In this document: positions 18,913 to 26,927 of the stretch, piece by piece
Layout: each line of letters begins with the position of its first letter
Numbering within the stretch: the first letter of the stretch is position 1
Virus record (IMG/VR): IMGVR_UViG_3300017716_001697
Span: 192,001 to 256,000 of that record
DNA: 64,000 nucleotides
Direction: 5' to 3' (one strand)
From: a virus
Lineage: Duplodnaviria; Caudoviricetes
Notes under the pieces: model-generated
What the model saw: only the letters and a program-made list of their open reading frames with translations
Databases searched by the model: none
Told to the model about the DNA's origin: nothing
Made by a program: the position numbers and the translations under genes

Positions 18913-19209
18913 ATGACCGTGCCGAACTCGAATAGTATGAAAGAACAGATTGCACGATTTGCCGATATGGCCGGGTGGTATGTGTCAGACGAAGGTGTGA
19001 TATTCTCGAACAATCGTAGCGGCATTGTTAACAATGAGCTAGAAAAGTTTGCCAATCTCATTATCTTGCAGTGTATATCGTCTTGCCGTACTGTAGGTAA
19101 CGTGGCCGAGATTACTAACGACGGCGAAATGGCACGCAAGACTAAGGCTACCGCTAACAGTTGTGAAATGTTAATCAAGCAATATTTTGGAATTACAAAT
19201 GAAGACTGA
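18913..19209 (+). CDS. Family D small protein
   Basis: EKFANLIILQC...IKQYFGI. Confidence 0.75.
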   Translation: MTVPNSNSMKEQIARFADMAGWYVSDEGVIFSNNRSGIVNNELEKFANLIILQCISSCRTVGNVAEITNDGEMARKTKATANSCEMLIKQYFGITNED

Positions 19210-19579
19210 ACAATTCATCGACCCTGTCGAAGCACTAGACCGTTTAAAAGTGCTCACCGAAGGGGACAACACCATTGAGGTCTATAAAACCGATGATGGG
19301 TTATATCAGTTGTCGTGGGTGGAAAACGTAAAATACACGGCATTCGATGGTACAGAATACACTGATGAGGTGTGGACTAAAGAAGATGGCACTATGATGC
19401 CCGTCCAAACTATCGAATTAGCCCATGCTCATAACATCATTCGTATGATGCTCAGGAACGAGCGGCTACAGAATATGGATGATTCACTCGTAATCGACCA
19501 ATTAGAGGCACTACTAGACAGCGCAGAGGATGTGATATCTACTGTGCTGACAACTGACTCTAATCGGGTGCTTCATTAA
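19199..19579 (+). CDS. Acidic hypothetical protein
   Basis: EVWTKEDG...HAHNIIRMMLR. Confidence 0.7.
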   Translation: MKTEQFIDPVEALDRLKVLTEGDNTIEVYKTDDGLYQLSWVENVKYTAFDGTEYTDEVWTKEDGTMMPVQTIELAHAHNIIRMMLRNERLQNMDDSLVIDQLEALLDSAEDVISTVLTTDSNRVLH

Positions 19580-19603
19580 TTTGATAAATAAATAATATAA
19601 CAG

Positions 19604-19632
19604 TTGACAGCATTGTCAAACACTGTTACAAT
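19604..19632 (+). promoter_or_regulatory. sigma70-type early promoter of the tRNA-Arg/rtcB unit
   Basis: TTGACA-N17-TACAAT. Confidence 0.75.
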
Positions 19633-19658
19633 ACATACATCGCAACAAGGAGTCTATT

Positions 19659-19739
19659 ATGCTTAATCAAATTGCAATGTATGTTAACTGGGAATTCATG
19701 GCTTCAGTCGTCATCCCGGTTCTGACTCGACTGTTTTAA
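19659..19739 (+). CDS. 26-aa hydrophobic peptide
   Basis: RBS AAGGAG; MLNQIAMYVNWEFMASVVIPVLTRLF. Confidence 0.55.
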   Translation: MLNQIAMYVNWEFMASVVIPVLTRLF

Positions 19740-19745
19740 ACACTT

Positions 19746-19820
19746 CTGGCGTTAGTACAATGGATAGTACAGGGGATTTCTACTCCCTAGATAGGGGTTC
19801 GATTCCTCTACGCCGGACCA
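19746..19820 (+). tRNA. trnR: tRNA-Arg(UCU)
   Basis: Full cloverleaf: acceptor CTGGCGT/ACGCCGG, anticodon loop TT-TCT-AC, T-loop TTCGATT, encoded CCA. Confidence 0.95.
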
Positions 19821-19837
19821 CCTAATTGAGAATACAA

Positions 19838-20095
19838 ATGACTATTTTACAAGAAACCAAACGTGTTGATTTCGACCCCGCTATTACCGAGCATCGTCAT
19901 GCTGTGGTAGCGTTCATGAAGCGTACAGCGTGGATGGACTCGCCTTTGCGATTCAATTACGACCCTGACTACGGCAGCGTTGCCGACCAAGTTCGCATTA
20001 AGATGCTGGACTGGTACATCGAGCAAGACACAGGCTTCAAGCCAGCGCCACACAAGAATCTCCCGGTGTTCGAACGCAGGCACGAAGATGTTTAG
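19838..20095 (+). CDS. Hypothetical protein
   Basis: ORF directly after the tRNA. Confidence 0.7.
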   Translation: MTILQETKRVDFDPAITEHRHAVVAFMKRTAWMDSPLRFNYDPDYGSVADQVRIKMLDWYIEQDTGFKPAPHKNLPVFERRHEDV

Positions 20096-20372
20096 TCCAC
20101 GTAACAAAATTGAAACTGTGACAATGATGGCATCCGAAGTTGAGACAGTGGACACACTGTACGAACTTTGCGATGCTGAATTCAACAGCAGAAGTGATGT
20201 GCATAACAGCTTCCAATCCGCACGTGGTGCAGCGAGCTGGGCACGATACTTCCTATTGCACGAAGTGCGTAAGGTAGCGGCTCGTGAAGATATCTTCTGT
20301 AGCTATCACATGGCATTTGTGGTTGCATCTAAGCTGTCAGAAGTCTGGTTTGAACAGAAAGAAACAGCGTGA
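20088..20372 (+). CDS. Hypothetical protein
   Basis: Overlap-coupled ORF. Confidence 0.65.
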   Translation: MFSPRNKIETVTMMASEVETVDTLYELCDAEFNSRSDVHNSFQSARGAASWARYFLLHEVRKVAAREDIFCSYHMAFVVASKLSEVWFEQKETA

Positions 20373-20566
20373 CATACGAAAGCAGAAAAGAGCAAGCAGA
20401 ACAAATTCTTGCGCTAACTCTGCTGGATATATCAGTACTCCGGCATGCCGCAGCACGCCAACAATCCATTACACACGAAAAGCATATTGATCATCATTAT
20501 CGCGACGCAATTGATGTGTTAGAAAAGAAAGCTGTGAGCGACAGAGCATATCTTGCTAGGTTTTAG
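20369..20566 (+). CDS. Hypothetical protein
   Basis: GTGA overlap. Confidence 0.6.
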   Translation: MTYESRKEQAEQILALTLLDISVLRHAAARQQSITHEKHIDHHYRDAIDVLEKKAVSDRAYLARF

Positions 20567-20574
20567 GATACGGT

Positions 20575-20745
20575 ATGATTTGTCCGAAATGTGATACACT
20601 GATGGGTGCAATGGGGTATGGTGATGAACGGTGTCCTGCTTGTGGACACACATCATATTCTGAATCTGATGAAGAATTTAATCTTCGCATATACGGTACA
20701 ACATTCCGTGAAGGCGAAGATATTGACACTGAACAAAGAGAATAA
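20575..20745 (+). CDS. Small Zn-ribbon protein (56 aa, absent from ORF track)
   Basis: MICPKC...RCPACG; stop 1 nt before the rtcB ATG. Confidence 0.7.
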   Translation: MICPKCDTLMGAMGYGDERCPACGHTSYSESDEEFNLRIYGTTFREGEDIDTEQRE

Positions 20746-20746
20746 T

Positions 20747-21940
20747 ATGGAAATCGAAAATGTAAAAATGTGGGTAGGTGATATGGAAGTAGAGCAAGCA
20801 GCTCTATCCCAAATCCTAAACATTTCCCAACTACCTATCCTTGCTGGACACATGGCTATCATGCCAGACGTACACATGGGTAAAGGTGCCACTGTGGGTT
20901 CTGTTATCCCTACACGTTCTGCAATTATTCCTGCGGCTGTGGGTGTGGATATCGGCTGTGGTATGATTGCAGCAATGACCAACCTTACTGCCGATGATCT
21001 TCCTGACTCATTGTTTTCGTTGCGTAATGCAATTGAAAAGGTAGTACCTGTAGGATTCAACGAACACGCAAAGGGCATCCCTTCTGTATCGGGACCTTAC
21101 GCAGATATCCTGCGCAAGAATTTGCACAAGACAATGGATCAATGGGATCACTTGGCAATGAAGCAGCACCTTGGTCGTGCTGACGAAAAGCGCATTGCTC
21201 GCCAAATCGGTACGCTAGGTGGTGGTAACCACTTTATCGAAATCTGTCTCGATACATCTAACCGTGTGTGGATTATGTTACACAGTGGTTCACGCGGTAT
21301 CGGCAATCAAATCGGCACTGTTGCAATCGAAATGGCTAAAGAACAGGCTGCTAAACGTGCATGGGGTCTCCCTGATGCTGATCTTGCATGGCTGGACGAA
21401 GGCACAACCGAATTCGATGCATACATTGAGGCAATGCATTGGGCACAGGACTATGCAAAATTCAACCGCGATACAATGCTGAATTTGGTTATTTCTGCAA
21501 TGAAGGTAAAGTTTCCTACAATGAAGATTGTTGGCGAAGTTGTAAACTGCCACCATAATTTTACAAGCGTGGAAGAGCACTTCAATGAAAAGATCTGGGT
21601 GACACGTAAGGGTGCAGTTTCTGCGCAGTATGGGCAAATGGGTATTATTCCCGGCTCAATGGGTGCAAAGTCATTCATTGTTCGCGGTAAAGGTAATCCT
21701 GATTCCTACTGCTCGTGTTCGCATGGTGCTGGTCGTAAGATGAGCCGCAACCAAGCTAAGAAGTTGTTCACATCACTTGATCTAGAACAACAAACAGCCG
21801 GTGTTGAGTGCCGTAAGGATGCAGACGTAGTTGATGAAATTCCGGGTGCATATAAGGATATTGATCAGGTAATGGCAGCGCAGGCTGATTTGGTTGATAT
21901 TGTACACACGTTGAAGCAAGTTCTTTGTATTAAGGGGTAA
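20747..21940 (+). CDS. rtcB: RtcB RNA ligase (joins 3'-P or 2',3'-cyclic-P to 5'-OH)
   Basis: PDVHMGKG, VGVDIGCG, GTLGGGNHFIE, HSGSRG, HHNF, RKGA, PGSMG, SHGAGR, YKDI motifs. Confidence 0.97.
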   Translation: MEIENVKMWVGDMEVEQAALSQILNISQLPILAGHMAIMPDVHMGKGATVGSVIPTRSAIIPAAVGVDIGCGMIAAMTNLTADDLPDSLFSLRNAIEKVVPVGFNEHAKGIPSVSGPYADILRKNLHKTMDQWDHLAMKQHLGRADEKRIARQIGTLGGGNHFIEICLDTSNRVWIMLHSGSRGIGNQIGTVAIEMAKEQAAKRAWGLPDADLAWLDEGTTEFDAYIEAMHWAQDYAKFNRDTMLNLVISAMKVKFPTMKIVGEVVNCHHNFTSVEEHFNEKIWVTRKGAVSAQYGQMGIIPGSMGAKSFIVRGKGNPDSYCSCSHGAGRKMSRNQAKKLFTSLDLEQQTAGVECRKDADVVDEIPGAYKDIDQVMAAQADLVDIVHTLKQVLCIKG

Positions 21941-21942
21941 TC

Positions 21943-22995
21943 ATGGGATCATGGAACGGAACATGTGCAGTATCTAACCTGCACGTACGAAGCGGGCAAG
22001 AGGTAGCAGTATTCATGCTGCTCGAAAACAAAAGATCAAAATCCTTCTGTTATGGTAATGCATTGTACGATGTATGCCCGTTACCATTCTATGGCAAGTA
22101 TAATGATTACGGTGCAGTAGAAGACTGCCAAGGCCCGGTGTTGCCCATTGTGGTTGACGAAATCAAGCGCCAGCTGTACGAATTTGGCCAAGGCCCGAAC
22201 AGTAGCCACGACATGGTAGTACGCAGGGCCGATTTTGACATTGATCTGTTATTTGAAGCCGACCACGAAGATCGTCTCGGTATTCAATATACACCCTTCT
22301 TCGACGAAGATGATTATGATCTTCGCGAATTGCGTAAAGACGGTGAAAAAGATCAACTTACACCAGATCAGCAATTCGAGCTTGACAGACTAGCCAACAA
22401 ACTCAAACAGGTAGATACATTTAGACGTGTTACACACGTAATTATTCATGGTGATATTTTCCGTGATATCATGAATAAATATTACATCGATGAATATGTT
22501 GGTGACAGCAAAGGTACAACAGGTTATGGAAATAACTATAACCGTGTATTCTTTAAGGATATTCTTGCATCTATTCCTGCATACATCGATGCCTGCAAGT
22601 CTGAAGCGGCAAGAATTAATGCTATGACTGACCCGCATGAACAATGGGCAGAACGAAACATTCCTAAGGATGAATGGAAGAATCCTAATCTTGCAGCAAG
22701 ATGGCTAAACAGCTTCAGTAATAGCAGCGAAGGATTCGGGCTTCTTCGTGTCGACGAATACATTCGCGAATATAAGAATGACGGCCGGTGGGACGAGCTG
22801 ACAGACTTTGTTACAGAAGCGTTAAAGGGTGCATGGGTAAATAGATATATGTCATCCATCCGTAAGCTGTGGTCGAAGCAGACAGGTGCCGGCTCTCAGA
22901 ATGATGAACATGATGGATACAATATCCTGATCCAATCAATGACAGACGTATTGGCGGCCGAGAAGAAGGCGTGGGATGACGAGAACGGGGAGTAG
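21943..22995 (+). CDS. Hypothetical phage protein
   Basis: 350 aa, MGSWNGTCAVSNL..., coupled to rtcB. Confidence 0.8.
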   Translation: MGSWNGTCAVSNLHVRSGQEVAVFMLLENKRSKSFCYGNALYDVCPLPFYGKYNDYGAVEDCQGPVLPIVVDEIKRQLYEFGQGPNSSHDMVVRRADFDIDLLFEADHEDRLGIQYTPFFDEDDYDLRELRKDGEKDQLTPDQQFELDRLANKLKQVDTFRRVTHVIIHGDIFRDIMNKYYIDEYVGDSKGTTGYGNNYNRVFFKDILASIPAYIDACKSEAARINAMTDPHEQWAERNIPKDEWKNPNLAARWLNSFSNSSEGFGLLRVDEYIREYKNDGRWDELTDFVTEALKGAWVNRYMSSIRKLWSKQTGAGSQNDEHDGYNILIQSMTDVLAAEKKAWDDENGE

Positions 22996-23006
22996 TTGGT
23001 AATCAG

Positions 23007-23035
23007 TTGACATTGTTGCTGTGATAGTATATAAT
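23007..23035 (+). promoter_or_regulatory. sigma70-type early promoter
   Basis: TTGACA-N17-TATAAT. Confidence 0.8.
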
Positions 23036-23054
23036 TTGTTAACAGGAGAAATTT

Positions 23055-23297
23055 ATGATTTTTACCGAAGACGAGCTTGCTCAAATAGATAAGTTGTTGC
23101 GCTGCAATGCGCCAGATTTGCCAGAGACTGTTGCAGCGGCCAGTAAGTTGGGAGCCGAGTTGAAAGCAAAATACGGGAATGATTTGCGAATACAAGGTAT
23201 GAATGAAGCTAGTGCTTTCTTCAAGGAAGCTCATGCTGCTGCCCGTCCGCAAGAAGAGGCAATAAAGTGGATTAAGAAGAATTCGAAGATTCACTAA
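23055..23297 (+). CDS. Hypothetical protein
   Basis: RBS AGGAG after a promoter. Confidence 0.75.
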   Translation: MIFTEDELAQIDKLLRCNAPDLPETVAAASKLGAELKAKYGNDLRIQGMNEASAFFKEAHAAARPQEEAIKWIKKNSKIH

Positions 23298-23317
23298 ATA
23301 GTTTGTAAGAATATCGT

Positions 23318-23395
23318 GCGATGGTAGCTTAGATGGCCTAAAGCCCTCGACTCATAATCGAGATATCGTGGGTTCGACTCCCACCCGTCGCACCA
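23318..23395 (+). tRNA. tRNA with CAU anticodon (elongator Met or Ile2)
   Basis: Acceptor GCGATGG/CCGTCGC, anticodon arm CTCGA-CTCATAA-TCGAG, T-arm GTGGG-TTCGACT-CCCAC, ACCA end. Confidence 0.95.
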
Positions 23396-23399
23396 TTTA

Positions 23400-23720
23400 A
23401 TAAGGTAATAACAATGTTGTTCATTACGGACAATGGAAATATATAGAGACTCCTGATCACAGTAGCTTGCTATATTTCGCGATTGTTGAATCCTCGACGC
23501 GGATTCGTCTGTGGGTCAATGAGGACTGGTTGCGTGTGACCGGCGCAACAGGTAATAGATATATTTGTGTACGAGACGCTTCAATAATCGTGATTACCAA
23601 CCTTTAAGGTGTATAGCGGTCGTTCCGTTATGTACTGGTAGTGGAAGTATCTCTGCCTACAATCGTTGAGAGACGCCCTAGGCACATCTCTACATCGCGA
23701 CTGCCAACTATTATAAAATA
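23400..23720 (+). ncRNA. Candidate structured non-coding RNA downstream of the CAU tRNA
   Basis: No ORF of 60 aa or more; stems GAAATATA/TATATTTC, GAATCC/GGATTC, GTTGCG/CGCAAC, GGTAAT/ATTACC. Confidence 0.4.
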
Positions 23721-23724
23721 GTGC

Positions 23725-23753
23725 TTGCCCTGATTCCTGTTATATTGTATAAT
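23725..23753 (+). promoter_or_regulatory. sigma70-type promoter
   Basis: TTGCCC-N17-TATAAT. Confidence 0.6.
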
Positions 23754-23759
23754 AGGGTT

Positions 23760-24272
23760 ATGAAGCACATACTATTACTACTGGCATTAATCCCTACCAC
23801 TGTAGAATTAGGTAAAGACATCATCTGCCGACGTGACCCACCTAAGATTGATGCTGCACAAGCAAAATGTTTGGCCACTACCATTTACGGCGAAGCTCGC
23901 GGGGAGAGCGAGAAGGGTCAGGTAGCAGTAGCATATACTGTCATGAATCGTGCTGTAAACCGCACATTATGCCAGGTTGCACTAGCACCTAAGCAGTACA
24001 GCATCTTTAACAATAACCCTGAATTACGAGCTGCGGCTACAAGCATGCATATCGAGCCAAAGCAGAAAAATGTCATCGATCAGAAAAGTTGGGATCGTGC
24101 TGTTAAGGTTGCTAACATGGTAATCCAACGTGCAGTCAAGGACCCAACTAACGGTGCAACACATTATCTTGCACCAATCGTAATGAAGGCTAAAAACTAT
24201 CGTTATCCGCGCTGGTCTAGGGAATACAAATTGGTCGCAGTGATTGACGGGCACAAATTCTTCAAAGCATAA
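23760..24272 (+). CDS. SleB-like cell wall hydrolase (Hydrolase_2)
   Basis: CLATTIYGEARGES...QVAVAYTVMNR, QYS, GATHY, IDGHKFF; signal peptide. Confidence 0.92.
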   Translation: MKHILLLLALIPTTVELGKDIICRRDPPKIDAAQAKCLATTIYGEARGESEKGQVAVAYTVMNRAVNRTLCQVALAPKQYSIFNNNPELRAAATSMHIEPKQKNVIDQKSWDRAVKVANMVIQRAVKDPTNGATHYLAPIVMKAKNYRYPRWSREYKLVAVIDGHKFFKA

Positions 24273-24273
24273 C

Positions 24274-24546
24274 ATGGCTATTAAACCAACTGACTATGTT
24301 GTCAACGTGAGTAAACTGCCAAATATACCTATGGATATGTGGCCCGCGTTCTGGATGAATTTCCAGAGACATATTGAGAAGAATATAAACTGGTCTGTCC
24401 GATATAACGGCGATCGTGTCGGGGACGAAATTAACAAATATCTTAGAAATATCGACGCCGAAATGAAACATAATAAGAAGAATGAAATCATTGTGAAATT
24501 TAAATCCGAAGCTGATTTCTTAATCTTCAAAATGAGATGGCTATGA
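24274..24546 (+). CDS. Family A small protein
   Basis: PxxWxNF...VKFKSEADFLIFKMRWL. Confidence 0.85.
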   Translation: MAIKPTDYVVNVSKLPNIPMDMWPAFWMNFQRHIEKNINWSVRYNGDRVGDEINKYLRNIDAEMKHNKKNEIIVKFKSEADFLIFKMRWL

Positions 24547-24794
24547 GTGGATATAGGGTTAACTTCGAAACACTCGAGCCCGATTTACCTACCTATCCTA
24601 CATGTTGGATTAATTTCTGCGACAAAGTACGAGAAGATGATGATTTTGTATCTAGGAGCGGCGGAATGCATTGCGCACTTACTGAGCGTCTCAAATCAAT
24701 TGGTATCAAACGCATAAAAGACCCCGCGCAGTGGGTTATACTTGAGTTCGAATCAGAGGCAGATTTTCTTGTCTTTAAACTAAGGTGGGGTTGA
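24543..24794 (+). CDS. Family A small protein
   Basis: PTCWINF...LEFESEADFLVFKLRWG. Confidence 0.85.
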   Translation: MSGYRVNFETLEPDLPTYPTCWINFCDKVREDDDFVSRSGGMHCALTERLKSIGIKRIKDPAQWVILEFESEADFLVFKLRWG

Positions 24795-24795
24795 T

Positions 24796-25080
24796 ATGTA
24801 TCGCGTAAACATACAGGAGGTATCCGAAATTGTTGATCACGGTGATGCGTATATTCCTCCGCAGTGGTGGATTAATTTTGAAAAATATGCGAATACGCTT
24901 GTTGACTGGACCGAAGCATGGCGTCGCGATCCTCATGCATTTAATGAATGCTCGCCAGGATTTTATGCAATGAAGGGGTTACTTAGGGGATTAGGTGCAG
25001 ACATTATCGCAGATGGCAGCTATACTCTCTTGTTCGCAGATGAGGCTGACTTCTTGGTATTTAAACTAAAGTGGGGCTAA
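24796..25080 (+). CDS. Family A small protein
   Basis: PQWWINF...LLFADEADFLVFKLKWG. Confidence 0.85.
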   Translation: MYRVNIQEVSEIVDHGDAYIPPQWWINFEKYANTLVDWTEAWRRDPHAFNECSPGFYAMKGLLRGLGADIIADGSYTLLFADEADFLVFKLKWG

Positions 25081-25092
25081 TTCATAAACCTG

Positions 25093-25120
25093 TTGACATT
25101 ACTGTGTAAGACTGTATAAT
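25093..25120 (+). promoter_or_regulatory. sigma70-type early promoter
   Basis: TTGACA-N16-TATAAT. Confidence 0.75.
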
Positions 25121-25176
25121 TAACTTCTTAGCAAGTAAAAACGTTTAATTTTATTAACACACATAGGAATTAACAA

Positions 25177-25506
25177 ATGACACAACTGAACGCAAAATCC
25201 AATCCTATCGAGTACATGCATTTCCGACCGATCTTCCGTGATGTGTCCGGTGGCGCAACTGTTGCCATCATGCCACGTGCAAGTTTGGGCACTGCATTGA
25301 TCTCTGTTGCTCGCTGCGGCCCAATGGACAACTTCAACAAGAAGATTGGCCGCGATGTTGCTACTGGTCGTCTGAGTGCATACCTGGCAGGTCGCCAATC
25401 TGTTGCAGGCCACGTGCGCGAAATTGCTGTGCCAGACATGCTCAAACTCAAAGAGACTGTTGCGATGGCCCTTGAAAACGAAATGGCTGACAACGATCTG
25501 GCGTAA
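25177..25506 (+). CDS. Hypothetical phage protein
   Basis: SVARC..DNFNKKIGRDVATGRL; biased codon usage. Confidence 0.8.
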   Translation: MTQLNAKSNPIEYMHFRPIFRDVSGGATVAIMPRASLGTALISVARCGPMDNFNKKIGRDVATGRLSAYLAGRQSVAGHVREIAVPDMLKLKETVAMALENEMADNDLA

Positions 25507-25570
25507 GGCAGTTGACATTGTACGCAAAATAGCGTACAATTAATAGGCAGTGTGAGTGCAGACCCAGAGG

Positions 25571-25603
25571 GGGCGGTGTTTAATTACATCGCCCTTTCTT
25601 TTT
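25571..25603 (+). terminator. Intrinsic terminator
   Basis: GGGCGGTGT/ACATCGCCC stem plus T tract. Confidence 0.8.
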
Positions 25604-25663
25604 GGCTCTGTTTTAAGTTAAAAATTGCGTATACCAGATAAATAAGTGTAGGAGACTACACTT

Positions 25664-26290
25664 ATGATATGCGAATACGGATGTAATGGGGAGGCCAATC
25701 ATCAATTACTAAACGGTAAATGGTGTTGCAGTAAACGGCCCGCTGGTTGCAAGGTGCTAAAGGCAGTTAACTCGGCAGGTCTGAAGAAAGCGCATAGTGA
25801 GGGTAGGGGCGGATATATTTACAAAGATCTATCTGACGAAACCAAAGCCCGAATGAATTGGGCTAAGGGTAAGACTATTACACCCGATAGCGAAATATTT
25901 ACAGAAAATAGCACATACTCTAACGAGATGGTTAAACATAGAATTGTTAAAGGTGATCTATTAGAATACAAATGCTCTAATCCGAAATGTGGAATAACCG
26001 AATGGTGCGACGAATCTATTGTGTTAGATTTGGATCATATAAATGGTAACAACACAGATAACAGATTATCTAATTTACGATACTTATGCCCAAATTGCCA
26101 TTCTCAGACAGACACATACAAGGGCAGAAATAAGAATACAGGTAAGTTGAAAGTAACCGACACTGAATTGTTGGCAGCATATAAGGAATGCAATAATATT
26201 AGGCAAGCATTAATCAGCGTAGGAATTGCTGCAAAGGGTGGCAATTATGAAAGATTAAAAAAATTAATTAGCAAAACGCTTGCCCTATAG
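25664..26290 (+). CDS. Free-standing HNH homing endonuclease
   Basis: LDLDHINGNNTDNRLSNLRYLCPNCHSQT; N-terminal CEYGC..WCC Zn motif; C-terminal HTH-like tail; late box GATAAATA and RBS AGGAG. Confidence 0.9.
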   Translation: MICEYGCNGEANHQLLNGKWCCSKRPAGCKVLKAVNSAGLKKAHSEGRGGYIYKDLSDETKARMNWAKGKTITPDSEIFTENSTYSNEMVKHRIVKGDLLEYKCSNPKCGITEWCDESIVLDLDHINGNNTDNRLSNLRYLCPNCHSQTDTYKGRNKNTGKLKVTDTELLAAYKECNNIRQALISVGIAAKGGNYERLKKLISKTLAL

Positions 26291-26308
26291 CTAAATATGT
26301 TGTATAAT
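26280..26308 (+). promoter_or_regulatory. Promoter for the tRNA/ncRNA array
   Basis: TTGCCC-N17-TATAAT with an internal TAAATA. Confidence 0.6.
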
Positions 26309-26358
26309 TAATGCATAGCAGCTGATTACAGTAGCTTGTAGAGATCATTAATAAATTA

Positions 26359-26648
26359 GCGGGTATGGAGAAATTGGTAAACTCACCAGACTTAGAGAAA
26401 TAAAATTTGAGTGCCCGGTCGGAAACGATCGGAGTAGAACCTGTCAAATTCGGCGAACACTTTAACATGTCAACGCCGAGCGAAGCCCGAAAGGGAACGT
26501 GTAGAGACTTGACGGCAGGTACCTAACGCAGAAATGCTACGGTAAAGACAAAGTCCAGACTATCAAACCGAGAGGGTAGCGAAAGCTATAGTAGTAAGAA
26601 AATCTGGCGCCGCAAGGCTTGACGGTTCAAGTCCGTCTACCCGCACCA
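26359..26648 (+). tRNA. trnL: tRNA-Leu(UAA) interrupted by a group I intron
   Basis: Exons 26359..26393 and 26599..26648 join into GCGGGTA/TACCCGC acceptor, CCAGA-CTTAAAA-TCTGG anticodon arm, long variable arm and ACCA. Confidence 0.93.
26394..26598 (+). mobile_element. Group I intron (IC3-like, 205 nt, no ORF)
   Basis: P1 ACTT/GAGT with U-G at the splice site; P AAATTCGGCGAA, Q AACGCCGAGCGAAG, R GTGTAGAGACT, S AAGACAAAGTCC; terminal G. Confidence 0.92.
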
Positions 26649-26746
26649 TATTAGGATACATTGTGCAGACGCGGTAGCTAGCCCAAAAGGGACTTTACTA
26701 GCGACAATGGTGAATGCAGGTACAACAGTGTATCCCAATATGGTGC
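26643..26746 (+). ncRNA. Array element E1 (long closing stem, branched interior)
   Basis: GCACCATATT-A-GGATACATTGT / ACAGTGTATCC-C-AATATGGTGC. Confidence 0.75.
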
Positions 26747-26927
26747 CATATTAAAACGCATAAATGCATTAGTTGCATTGGTAATCTGAATGACGTGGAT
26801 AGCTGCATCTTACCCACTGTCAAACAGAGGACATTGCAGGTGATAGCAAATGTAATGGTTTACAGCTAGGCGATTAGAGTCTGGTAGGTGGGTTCAACTC
26901 CTGCTAATGCGGTTTAACATGGCACCA
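26744..26927 (+). ncRNA. Array element E2 (long stem enclosing a tRNA-like domain, ends in CCA)
   Basis: TGCCATATTAAAACGCAT / ATGCGGTTTAACATGGCA; internal T-arm GTGGG-TTCAACT-CCTGC. Confidence 0.7.

Noticed and set aside
20606-20746. N-terminal extension of RtcB in the ORF track
   Set aside because: RtcB homology begins at M20747, and the extension overlaps a better Zn-ribbon ORF (20575..20745) in another frame.
26649-26700. Theta/HDV-like ribozyme directly after tRNA-Leu or the CAU tRNA
   Set aside because: No nested double-pseudoknot pattern found; the sequence is explained by the E1 stem.
26744-26927. tRNA-Sec assignment for E2
   Set aside because: No UCA anticodon arm and no 6-bp D-stem; only the T-arm is reminiscent.
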